From assembly GCA_963706285.1 (NCBI GenBank), contig CAVPLU010000009.1, forward strand, positions 32,001 to 96,000: 64,000 nt of DNA, in the 5' to 3' direction. Below, in pieces: positions 1 through 9,237 of the stretch. The first letter of the stretch is position 1. Each line of letters opens with the position of its first letter. The notes under the pieces are model-generated. The model was not told the DNA's origin and searched no databases. It was given only the letters and a program-made list of their open reading frames with translations. This DNA is from Candidatus Bathyarchaeota archaeon. GTDB lineage: Archaea > Thermoproteota > Bathyarchaeia > 40CM-2-53-6. A program made the position numbers and the translations under genes.

Positions 1-381
1 TGAGCCTATGAAAGCGTGTCATCGCTCTGCCGAGAAGGATGCACGATGGAGAATCCTATTAGACTATATCTCTTTGTTTTGTGGGCCGCGATGCTTGGCA
101 TGTATTGGCCTAGAGCCTGCTCGTGTTTTGGTGTTGCTTTGGGGTTGTCACGTGCTGGTATATTTGTGCTAGGATAGGAGTTGCTTTTCTTGTTTCTTAT
201 TCTGTTTAACTGTAGCTGTTCCGCTGTACTTCGGTTACTGCTGTTGTAGCTGTTGGTATGAGGGTATTGTCTGCTAGAGATTTGTATCCTCGGAGGGTAT
301 TTTCTGCTGGTGTTTGTTTTTCCGGGAGATCTTGCGGTGCCGGGCTTCCGAATTTGAACCGTCGCACTCGTCATTGAACTA

Positions 382-393
382 GTGTGTGCGCAC
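382..393. repeat. Partial copy of the dispersed TGTGTG/GTGCGCAC palindromic element
   Basis: gtgtgtgcgcac matches the core of the copies at 2326 and 45861. Confidence 0.55.
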
Positions 394-410
394 TCCTACC
401 GTAATTCATT

Positions 411-1275
411 TCACTGATTCGCAGACTTGCTTCTTCTGACCTCAGCCGGCCGCGTGGGAGGCCACCTAGCAGCGTCAAAATGTTCGAGATAGAAGTCCTT
501 TGAAATTGCACCTGTAACTATGCCTTTCAGAATTGGCCAATTGTGCGGGATTGTGGCGAAGTAGATGTGCTGGATCGCCAGCCCAATCAACAAGAATGCA
601 AAGAAGTCATGGGTCATGAGGAGCAGTTGCGATTGTTGCATAGTCAAAGAGGGGCATGGGTATCAGCCATGGCAGCGGGTCCCAGAAGTAGATGCCCGTG
701 ATGCCCAGCGCTACGATTGAGATACTCAATGTCCAATGATAGCTCTTCATGAAGAAGTCGTACTTGCCTTCGCGGGGGTACTCTCTCGCGCGGCCAAGGA
801 AAATCCTGGCCCGCTTCCTCGCATCAGCGATATCCGTTCTTCCGAACCAGATATTCGCCCAGCCCCGAACTACAGCTGTATCCCACACGATGTGGATGAC
901 AATGAGCGCCAGCAGCGCCCAAACGAACGTCGTGTGCGTTGCGATCTTGGCACTGGTACTACTTATCCCAAGGAGCGACATGATGGCATCAACGGGTCCT
1001 GCTGGGAGAATGGTGATATTGCTCAGAGCTAGGAAGATCGAGACACCGGTCAGAGCCATGATGCCTAGGACCACGAAGTCGATCCAATGGAATAGTCTCT
1101 GTACGAGATCATAGGTCGTCACCTTATTTCTTGGGACGACGACAATCTGCTGCTGCTGGGGTCGCGTGTGAGTCCATCCTCTAACAGCCCATGCAAACCA
1201 GTGAATAATGCAACCGAATATGAAAAACAGAACGATGGTGAACGGAATCGCTGGTGCTAGAGCCACGGGTATCAA
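411..1275 (-). CDS. Cytochrome b-type membrane subunit (Ni/Fe-hydrogenase cyt b / formate dehydrogenase gamma-like), split by a frameshift near 640
   Basis: QRLFHW, LIVIHIVW, GKYDFFMKSYHW and LAIQHIYFA heme-ligand helices; ORFs 607-1275 and 411-647 join into one protein. Confidence 0.75.
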
Positions 1276-1478
1276 CAGCTGGAAATTGCAGTGGACTCTC
1301 CTTTAGTGTTTAGGATTAGACGAGCCCCTGCATCAAGAGCGGCGACACGTGTCACAGTGGCTGCGATGAAGCGTGAGATTCAAAGGCAACGTCGTCTAAA
1401 ATAACTACCGTTGTCAAGATAGGCTGTTCGGAGATTCCTCCACCTACTCGTTGATGCAGGAGTCGTCGGTCCTCAATC

Positions 1479-1520
1479 TGTGTGTGGGTCTAGTGGTGCG
1501 CACCAGCCAACCCACACACA
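1479..1520. repeat. Full palindromic element (42 bp)
   Basis: tgtgtgtgggt-ctag-tggtgcgcacca-gcca-acccacacaca: 11-bp perfect outer arms and a 12-bp perfect central palindrome. Confidence 0.85.
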
Positions 1521-1650
1521 TCCCCCATGCGAGTCCAAAACCGATTGTTTGACCCCCATGAGAGGCACGCATTAGGAAGGCGCTACCTCTCTCGTAAAAT
1601 ACATGACCGAGGGCAAATGTTAAGTATTTCAGACGTTAGAAATAGTTTAC

Positions 1651-2004
1651 ATGGTGGAAGAAATGCGTAGGAACTTGATCGGTTACTTGGGATTCATGGG
1701 CTTCCTAGGTCTCTTGGGTTTGATTGTCGACAATCCCGGATTCTTTGGATTTTTCGGGTTCTTCGGCTTCTGGAGTTCAATGGGGGGCAAGGGTAGCGAT
1801 GAGAGAGTGGATCAGAACGTTAACAGGGCCTGCAGGAATGCATTCATATTCAGTATGGTCGCATCAGCACTCCTCTTCTCGTACATAGGGATTCTTCAAG
1901 CTGCAGAAGCGTTCCAGCTGGCAGTGTCAGTCGCAGTCTTGTTTGCTGGCGGCTTGACGATATTCGTTGCATCGTTCGTCTACTACGACAGGTTCAGTGC
2001 CTGA
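1651..2004 (+). CDS. DUF3796-like membrane protein
   Basis: [10 protein letters not shown]...[10 protein letters not shown] and DER motif; paired with a downstream XRE regulator. Confidence 0.75.
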   Translation: MVEEMRRNLIGYLGFMGFLGLLGLIVDNPGFFGFFGFFGFWSSMGGKGSDERVDQNVNRACRNAFIFSMVASALLFSYIGILQAAEAFQLAVSVAVLFAGGLTIFVASFVYYDRFSA

Positions 2005-2015
2005 GAGTCCTCGAC

Positions 2016-2219
2016 ATGAAGACGAAGATCAAAGAACTGAGAGACAAGCGCAACCTTACTCAAGAGGCTCTGGCTGAGAAAGTGGACGTCACAAGACAGA
2101 CTATACTCTTCCTAGAAAAAGGAAAATACAACCCGTCACTGAGATTAGCCTACAAGATTGCCAAAGTGCTGAACTCGAAGATCGAAGATGTCTTCTCCTT
2201 TGAAGATGAGAGGCTTTAG
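2016..2219 (+). CDS. XRE/Cro-like HTH transcriptional regulator
   Basis: [34 protein letters not shown]. Confidence 0.95.
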   Translation: MKTKIKELRDKRNLTQEALAEKVDVTRQTILFLEKGKYNPSLRLAYKIAKVLNSKIEDVFSFEDERL

Positions 2220-2325
2220 GAACTTGCGAATAATCGCTTGGCGAGTCTTTCTCCGAGAGATTGAGACAAGAGCGAAATCCCCTAACCCGTTGAGGTGGCT
2301 GTCGTCGTTCGTCGTTTCGTTTGAA

Positions 2326-2357
2326 TGTGTGTGCGCACCATGAAGACCATACACACA
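2326..2357. repeat. Palindromic element copy
   Basis: tgtgtgtgcgcaccatgaagaccatacacaca; its reverse complement aligns to the copies at 1479 and 3726. Confidence 0.75.
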
Positions 2358-2526
2358 TCACTACCTCCCAAGGGGAAGGCGGAAACCGCATTGTGGAAGA
2401 CTTCAGAGCAATGTCCTTAGCCCAGTTGAAGAGTATTCGTAACAACGTGACATAGGTGCGGATCAGAGCGCGTTCGGCAACTCTTTTATGACTATGAATC
2501 CTCAGGGCCAGTCTAAGTGCTGAGAT

Positions 2527-3628
2527 GTGCCCGCCAAAAAGCTAACAATCGTATTTCTCCTAGTTATGTTCGCGCTTGTGCTCGTCGCGGAACCATTGCA
2601 CGTCCACGCCGCGTCATCCCTGGTCCAACGAAATTCGACTTGGTGCAACACCTTCCATAGCTATGATGTATGCAATGACGCTGCAACGCTCTCGGTTTCT
2701 TTCGCAAGCGGCGTGACAAGCGGGAATCTACTGGTCGTAGCTGTGACGGTTGGGAGTAACCCTCCGGTCACGGTAATTTCCGTAAGTGATTCCCGAGGCT
2801 CTTCATTCACTCAAGCTGTATCAGACTCGATGACAAACAATTATGCCTACGCCTACATCTACTATGCCATTCTCTCTTCCAGCGGACCTGACACGGTCAC
2901 AGCAACCTTCAGCGCGGTGCCCTACAAAGATCCTAATAGCTTACTGGGCGGCACGCGGGATCGCATACTTACACATCTTTGAGGTTTCAGGTGTCACCAC
3001 CGTAGGCATTACAACCGGCGAGGGCCACGGTTTGCTTTCCGGTGAGGGCACGATCTCCACATCATCCACTCCTTTTCAAAGCGGAGCCTTCCTCGTAGCC
3101 ATCGCAACTGAAGACATTTTGACCGGTAATTGGGCTGTTGGAACCGGTTTCACTCTATCTCCGAACCCACCCTACGATCAGTATAATGATCTTTCAATGA
3201 CTCAGTACTCGACTTCCGGAGTTGGCAGTCCAACCACGTTCCCTGCAACACTCTCAGCTTCCGGCGGGAATGACAAGGACTGGGTTGAAGTTGGTGCAGC
3301 TTTCCAACCAGGGGTTGTAACTGTCACCACGGTTGTGAGTACGGTGAGTACGGGTACGCTGAGTACGGGTAATCGCTTCATCCCAGTAACAACGGTGATT
3401 TCCTATTCAACTACAAGTTGGACTTCGGCTGGCGGCACAGTCACACAACTAGTGACCGAATTCGACACTATCTACGGCTATTTCATGAATGTCGTCGCTC
3501 AAGCAGTGGGCGGCTTCATTGAGGAGACAAACAAGCTTGGCGTCTTGACGACATGGTTCACAATACTCGGATGCGTCGCAGCCGTAGCATTCGTCGTTGT
3601 GCAACCGCGGAAGAAACCTGAGAACTGA
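2527..3628 (+). CDS. Secreted/surface Ser-Thr-rich protein with C-terminal membrane anchor (frameshift at about 2930-2980)
   Basis: N-terminal signal peptide, beta-rich body, Thr-rich linker and VGG..NKLGVL-TM-RKK tail across ORFs 2527-2982 and 2843-3628. Confidence 0.75.
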
Positions 3629-3725
3629 TCTCATCTCGGCTTCCTCTCCTGCTCCGCGTCAAGAGGACCGACACGCTAAGGAACGCTTCACAATTTACCT
3701 ACCTGGCTCGTTGTTTCAGCCGTTC

Positions 3726-3751
3726 TGTGTGGGTCTACTGGTGCACACACA
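3726..3751. repeat. Palindromic element copy
   Basis: tgtgtgggtctactggtgcacacaca, near-identical to the left part of 1479-1520. Confidence 0.8.
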
Positions 3752-3929
3752 ATATCTGAAATGATGACGAACGACTGGTAAGAGGACCAACAAAGTGACC
3801 AACTTCAGTGTAAGCGCTTCGTTTAGGTAGCGAAAGAATGAGGATAGGGATGCTCAGTTCTCGGGTTTCTTCCACGGCTTCGCCACAGCGAGCAGTTTGG
3901 TTGATCGAGACACCGAGCCCAGAATTGAG

Positions 3930-4133
3930 TTACTTCGGTTCTATTTCGAACTCTCCTTCGACTACTGCGCCGAACCCCTTGGCTATTCTGAGTGAGAGCG
4001 TGACCTTCGTGTTGTAGTCGACCTTGTGAACTTCTGCGTCTTTCAGGTCGACGTGTTCATGATTGTGAATTTCTCGTGCTTGATCTCCATATAATCTAAA
4101 CTTGACGATCATGCTAGATCGCTCCCATCGCAT
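3930..4133 (-). CDS. Small hypothetical protein
   Basis: 67-aa ORF with globular, beta-rich composition. Confidence 0.45.
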   Translation of the reverse strand: MRWERSSMIVKFRLYGDQAREIHNHEHVDLKDAEVHKVDYNTKVTLSLRIAKGFGAVVEGEFEIEPK

Positions 4134-4418
4134 GTAGCCTATACCAGCACTCGTAACAGTGTGCTGTCTTGGTGAGAGCTTTCTTTTGTTGGTGACATTC
4201 CTTACATTCAGGCATCTTGCTTAACCCTTGAAGGTACATGAGGTTCATCTACGCCATATTACACTTGTCAGAAAGCATGGGAATCCTCCTGTTCTGCATG
4301 AGAGAACGAGTACGGTTGTGAAGCAGCTGGTTTGATTTGGGGTTGTGAGATGCCTGGAGATTGCTATGCCGTTGATTTGTGCGTGATTCTCTTGGGGCGA
4401 GCACCTAAATCTGAATCG

Positions 4419-4672
4419 TCAGAATGAAGTGTGAACCCGCACCAACAAGGGGGAACTAAATAGTTCGATCATGCGTTCTTGGTCACGGACTATTCCAGTT
4501 TTCATGATGTCCTCTTTCGTTTCTTTGACTAGGATGTCATTTTCCGGTTTGTCCAAGATCTCAGTGAGTGTGAAGTATCTCACAGAGGGATTATCTCTTT
4601 CTAGGAGCCATTCTGTCGGGTCCGCCTTCAAGATGGATCTCCAATCGCTCACCCTTCCAACCTCCATTTCAT
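4419..4672 (-). pseudogene. 5' fragment of a conserved ~330-aa prenyltransferase/cyclase-fold-like hypothetical protein, truncated after ~60 codons
   Basis: WRSILKADPTEWLLERDNPSVRYFTLTEILDKPEND..VKETK..IM is recognisable as a family N-terminus; it then runs into the direct repeat. Confidence 0.6.
4429..4498. repeat. 70-bp direct repeat, copy 1 (copy 2 at 4786-4855)
   Basis: gtgtgaacccgc...atgcgt...ggtcacggact.ttccag is colinear without gaps in both copies. Confidence 0.85.
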
Positions 4673-4737
4673 CCTCCCTCAGCAGCCTCAAAAGGTGGCA
4701 TGATCCCTCCTTCACACTCGAGTCTGAGATTTCGTTT

Positions 4738-4762
4738 TGTGTGTGGGTAGGCTGGTTCGGGC
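4738..4762. repeat. Palindromic element half copy
   Basis: tgtgtgtgggtaggctggttcg matches the reverse complement of the right half of 1479-1520 (tgtgtgtgggttggctggtgcg). Confidence 0.75.
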
Positions 4763-4785
4763 GTCCAAATGTGTGGCCAGGATGA

Positions 4786-4855
4786 GTGTGAACCCGCGCC
4801 AAGAGGCCAGAACTAGGCAACTCAATTATGCGTCTTTGGTCACGGACTTTTCCAG
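4786..4855. repeat. 70-bp direct repeat, copy 2, overlapping the 3' end of the thioesterase gene
   Basis: Aligns without gaps to 4429-4498. Confidence 0.85.
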
Positions 4856-5269
4856 CGCTAGTATGCGTTGCTTCAATTCCTCGGGCAAAGGCGTCTTCTT
4901 GTTCTCGTGGTAATTGTAGGAGACTATCACTCCTTCTCCCTCAGCCGCAGTTGCCTGGGCTTTGTGGCTAATGGCATAATGTTCCATCACAAACCTGTCT
5001 TCTTCAATTCTCGAAATCCGTGTACCGACAGAGAGCGTGTCAGGGTAAGTCAGCGGTACCTTGAATTTGCATTGAATTGAAGCTAGAATTGGTCCTATTC
5101 CAGTTTGGTTCATGTACTCCCATATTCCCAACTTCTCAAGATACGCGATTCTTGCACTTTCGAAATAGCGGAAATACATGACATTGTTGACGTGGCGTAG
5201 AGAATCCATCTCTCCCCATGCAACTGGTATCTGTATGACGACAGGGCAGCTTGCAAGTGGTTCTTTCAT
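4826..5269 (-). CDS. Acyl-CoA thioesterase (4HBT/hot-dog fold)
   Basis: VAWGEMDSLRHVNNVMYFRYFESAR motif. Confidence 0.93.
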   Translation of the reverse strand: MKEPLASCPVVIQIPVAWGEMDSLRHVNNVMYFRYFESARIAYLEKLGIWEYMNQTGIGPILASIQCKFKVPLTYPDTLSVGTRISRIEEDRFVMEHYAISHKAQATAAEGEGVIVSYNYHENKKTPLPEELKQRILALEKSVTKDA

Positions 5270-5430
5270 GATACAACTCGCACCTTATCTGACTCTTTCG
5301 CGGTGTTTCTAATCAAGACTTGCGCTCGGGTCTCCTTTCATCTTGTGTGTCGTTCGTAGGGTACAACGACGTCGCTGGCATCTTTGAAAGCTTAAACGGT
5401 CCGGGCTGCTTCGTGAATTGCGATCACTGA

Positions 5431-5721
5431 ATGTCCACGCAGACAAGCTATGACTCAGCGGTGCTTTGGGAAGTGCTCACAGAAACAGTCCATGCGCTCC
5501 CCATGTACAAGCATCACAAACACTACGTGGAGAAGGTCCTACTGCCGGAGAAACCCCGTATCTCCGCCAAAGAGATGGGACTGGTTATGGGCATGCCCCT
5601 AGGCGAGGCGATCGTGATTCTCGAGGAACTGAAGCCTTCCAAGGAGACACCTGAAGGGCAGTCTAAGGCCAAAGCGGCCACAGCCACTGGTAAGAGCCTC
5701 CTCGACTATGGAACCAAGTGA
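5431..5721 (+). CDS. Hypothetical protein (possible HTH)
   Basis: ATG ORF after a TATA-like cttaaa; ISAKEMGLVMGMPLGEAIVILEEL helix pattern. Confidence 0.65.
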   Translation: MSTQTSYDSAVLWEVLTETVHALPMYKHHKHYVEKVLLPEKPRISAKEMGLVMGMPLGEAIVILEELKPSKETPEGQSKAKAATATGKSLLDYGTK

Positions 5722-5745
5722 CCAGATCATCTGAGGGCTTTCATC

Positions 5746-6907
5746 TTGTCCGGCGTTGTGTTGATCTCGACTGCAGAGTTCGCCCTGAAGAGCCAACCAG
5801 TGCGCCACCTGCTCATTCGACTATTGAAGACACACATCAGGTTCAATCTCAAGCGCATGGGGATTGGCAACTGCAAGATCACGCAGGCTGGAGGATTCCT
5901 TGTCTTGGACGGCATTGACGATCCGGAAAAGTGCGCCAAGGAATTGGCTGAGGTGTTCGGAGTCGCTCACGCCGACGCCTGCCAACGAACCCAACTAGAT
6001 CTAGGAGAAATTGCGGGGGGCGTGGTCAGACTGGCCCAAGAGAGGCTCAAGAATGGAGAGACATTTGCAGTAAGAGCACGCAACTTCGAACCTTCACAAA
6101 TCAAAGGAAAAGAGATCGAAGTACGAGCAGGCGCAGAGGTACTGTCTCAACTTCCGAACGGCTTGAAAGTAAACCTGAGCAATCCGGATCACACTCTACG
6201 AGTATTCTACGGTGCCAAGGAGGCATTCGTCTCCTCTGCACGATTCAATGGTCCGGGTGGACTGCCGGTTGGTTCTCAGGGAAGACTTCTCGGCCTCGCA
6301 ACCGACCCAGCGTATGCACCCTTTGTCGTTCTATTTGTTGATGAAACGCGGAGCCATGGTTTGGCCGGTGATTCCCAATATTCCCGCAGTCCTAGGCGAG
6401 ACTCGGCCCGAAGAGATAGTCGACGGCCTCAGGAAGTTGGCGCCGTTAGTTCCGAAGAAAGACTACTATATCCGTCTTCTAGAACTCGATGATGCCACAT
6501 CGAGAATACTGGACTCCGCAGATAGGTCACTTCAAACGATCCTTGCGTTGCGTCTCGTTTATCGTGCATTCGCGAATATCATTCAGACTGAACGAGTACT
6601 CGGACTTGTGACGGCTGACAATTTTGGCCGCAACGGTCTAGATTCGCTGAAAGATTTGAGAGTCTTCGAAGATATCGTGAAGTTTCCTGTCTACCGTCCG
6701 CTACTTACTTTGGATGATGAAACCATGGATCGAGCGCTTGCGGAACGCGGACTACTGCAATTCGTGAAGAATGGAGCGACGAGACAGGGGGATCGCTTGG
6801 GTCTGTCAAACGTGTCGGCTAAGAATCTCAGAGAGCTAGAAGAACGTCTTCATGTGGAAGACCTAGCCAAACGTATCGCTGATGGGTCTACGAGAATCCA
6901 GATCTAG
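5746..6907 (+). CDS. ThiI-like THUMP-domain protein with degenerate PP-loop (frameshift near 6322)
   Basis: EFALKS..VR, TFAVRAR, KVNLSNPD, GPGGLPVGSQGR, LMKRG and VYRPLL motifs. Confidence 0.8.
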
Positions 6908-8108
6908 CGGCCAGATCCATTACGTACCGGGTCGCAGTTCCGACGGCGTCTGTTTCGATTGCCATTTGTCTGAATCTCTCCGTTGTTGCCGGCGGCGAGT
7001 TCAGCAGTCTTCTCGTCGCATTGAGAAGGCGTTCCGTTGTAACTTCTTTTTGGGGAATAAGTTCGGCAAGGCCTAGTTTGCATGCTCGTTTTGCGTTGCC
7101 GTACTGTTCAGTGTGATCGGGGATAGGTATGAGTATCATTGGTTTCCCGAAAGTCATCGTTTTCGTTATCATTCCATGGCCTGCTCGGCAGATGACAACG
7201 TCGGCTGCTTTCAACAGTCCATACTGATCATCAACCCAGCCGTAGATGGTGAGGCTACTGTTGTGCAATGGAGCTGAGGATCCTGTCGGGTCACCGCGGG
7301 ATAGGACGACTTGGCAATCGCTTGGGAATTGGCTTAGGGAATGTGAAAGTAAATTCGAAAGTACGGTTCTCTCGGTTTTCGGGCCACTGACGGCTGCGTA
7401 GACTAGCGGTTTTCTAGAGTCGAAAGAAAATGATGCCTTTAATGTATCTTGACTCGGGAGTTGCGAGGGTTCCACCGGAACGATTGGTCCGATCAACTTC
7501 ACTTTCTCAGCGTATCGTTTCGGGATTGTAAGGTTGCTCGCTGAGATTGTGTAGGGAGACGGCAGGTCTGGAATCAGTATTAGATTGCTTCTAGCCCAGA
7601 CTCCTCCGATGACGTTCCTGAATAGGGTCCAGAAGAGATTCGCGATCAAGAAGAATAGTCTCTCGATTGGGGTGATCTGTTCTGTGGAGGGTTTCTTGAT
7701 GATCTCTATGCGGAACTGGTTTAACATCAGAGCGACGGGTACGCCGAGCAGTCTGGCGGCGATGAGAGAGGACGCTCTTGAATCAGACAAAATGGCGTGT
7801 GGGCGAAATCGTTTGATGTTTCTGATCTCAGCCGTCAATTGTTTAAGAAATGTTCTCACTCCGAGCGAAAAGCCGCTCGTAGCAGCAGTCATCTTGAAAT
7901 CGACAGTTCCATCTTCTTTGACCTTGAATCCGATCGGAACGGTCGGAAGCGTCTTTAGACCTCTCTTCTTGGCATAGTCGAGACCGTCCAAGTAGGTCGA
8001 GAAGGTTACCTCCACCCCTTTGGAGGTCAGCATCTCTGCGATTGGCTCGCACCTTGTGATGTGTCCGAGTCCGATTCCACATGGTGCGACATATACTCTC
8101 AACGGCAA
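6888..8108 (-). CDS. MurG/GT28-like glycosyltransferase
   Basis: CGIGLGHITR, ADVVICRAGHGMI and IPIPDHTEQYGNA. Confidence 0.9.
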   Translation of the reverse strand: MPLRVYVAPCGIGLGHITRCEPIAEMLTSKGVEVTFSTYLDGLDYAKKRGLKTLPTVPIGFKVKEDGTVDFKMTAATSGFSLGVRTFLKQLTAEIRNIKRFRPHAILSDSRASSLIAARLLGVPVALMLNQFRIEIIKKPSTEQITPIERLFFLIANLFWTLFRNVIGGVWARSNLILIPDLPSPYTISASNLTIPKRYAEKVKLIGPIVPVEPSQLPSQDTLKASFSFDSRKPLVYAAVSGPKTERTVLSNLLSHSLSQFPSDCQVVLSRGDPTGSSAPLHNSSLTIYGWVDDQYGLLKAADVVICRAGHGMITKTMTFGKPMILIPIPDHTEQYGNAKRACKLGLAELIPQKEVTTERLLNATRRLLNSPPATTERFRQMAIETDAVGTATRYVMDLAARSGFS

Positions 8109-8113
8109 CCGCT

Positions 8114-8731
8114 CTAGAGTTCTTTCAGGCGCACTTCCCCGTTCGGTTCACTTTCTTCGAAGATGACTGCCTGAAATTTCTCGACTTTTGTATCTTTATC
8201 CAGCCACGCGTCAGGAGGCAGATCTGCTTTGAGGCAACAGTTGCTGAGGAACTCTTCTGCATTCCAGTTCCACTCAGGAGCGACCTGCGGAAGCAGCAGT
8301 CCGCGACGGCCACCTCGTCCGACTATCAAGCCGTCTCTGCCGATCTCAATCTCCTTCGCACGTTCAACGGGCATTTTGGCGGCGACCTCCTTAGGAACAG
8401 TCAGAAGACTCACTTCCATCACAACGCGTTCCTTGAACTCTGAAAGTCCGACGGGGTCGAATCGTGGGTCTGCAGTGGCAGCCTCTATGGCTGATCGGAT
8501 TGTGGCAACGGCGAGGGGCTCGGTTGGGAGGGGAAATCCTATGCAGCCTCTAAGCTGAGAGGTTGGCTTTGCTGAGTTCAGAGTGACAAAAACGCCTGAC
8601 TTCTCAAGAAGGTGTTTTGGTGTGTTTGCGGGCGGATCGATATCGAGGCCACTTGTGAGGTATTCTTCGATTGCGCTTCTGGCAAGATTCACAAGGAACT
8701 TGCCATCGCTAATCGAGAACGGCGCAGTCAT
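8114..8731 (-). CDS. AMMECR1-domain protein (AmmeMemoRadiSam protein A-like)
   Basis: GVFVTL, LRGCIG, DPRF and GLLLPQV. Confidence 0.95.
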   Translation of the reverse strand: MTAPFSISDGKFLVNLARSAIEEYLTSGLDIDPPANTPKHLLEKSGVFVTLNSAKPTSQLRGCIGFPLPTEPLAVATIRSAIEAATADPRFDPVGLSEFKERVVMEVSLLTVPKEVAAKMPVERAKEIEIGRDGLIVGRGGRRGLLLPQVAPEWNWNAEEFLSNCCLKADLPPDAWLDKDTKVEKFQAVIFEESEPNGEVRLKEL

Positions 8732-8751
8732 GTTCTCTCAATCTCGTTTCT

Positions 8752-9237
8752 CTACTCTGTTCTCTTTTGGATCTCTTTGGCCTTCTCTAGTATCGCGTTG
8801 ATATTCTCCCAGTGACTACCTTGCCAGTACACTTTTCCACATTCCGGATTGGAGCAATTCCAGAACTCATCGAACGCATTAAAGGTTGCCGCGGGTATCT
8901 TTTCCCTTACTTCATTCTTGAGCGCCTTCGTGAGAGGCGCTCCGCAAATAGGGCATCTTGAATCCGGCGCGTCCACCGAGAGGTTCAACTTGAATCTACT
9001 CGCCAAGCCTGCGAGCCTTTCAGCTTCTGTCGGCTCCTTCACCAGATAGGAATTCGCTCCTCGAGCAGTCGCGAATCGATAGAGCGCTACGTCAGATGTT
9101 AGCAGAACTCTGTTCTCCCTAACGGCGACAGCTACAAGTTCTTGGTCTTTAGTATCATTCAGATACATGGCGTCATGGCCCATCATCCGGAGCCACCTAG
9201 TGAGTTTCCCTAGCATCCCGTCTAGGACGAACCTCAT
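8752..9237 (-). CDS. Mut7-C RNase (PIN-like) domain protein
   Basis: FVLDGMLGKLTRWLRMMGHD, SRCPICG and CGKVYWQGSHW. Confidence 0.93.
   Translation of the reverse strand: MRFVLDGMLGKLTRWLRMMGHDAMYLNDTKDQELVAVAVRENRVLLTSDVALYRFATARGANSYLVKEPTEAERLAGLASRFKLNLSVDAPDSRCPICGAPLTKALKNEVREKIPAATFNAFDEFWNCSNPECGKVYWQGSHWENINAILEKAKEIQKRTE

Noticed and set aside
6-374. 122-aa ORF as a functional protein
   Set aside because: Low-complexity N/S/T/K composition from strand skew; no recognisable fold
382-4802. CRISPR array or classical integron attC array
   Set aside because: Spacing is 0.3-1.4 kb and irregular, copies are degenerate and in mixed orientation, there are no cas genes or IntI, and no RYYYAAC/GTTRRRY ends
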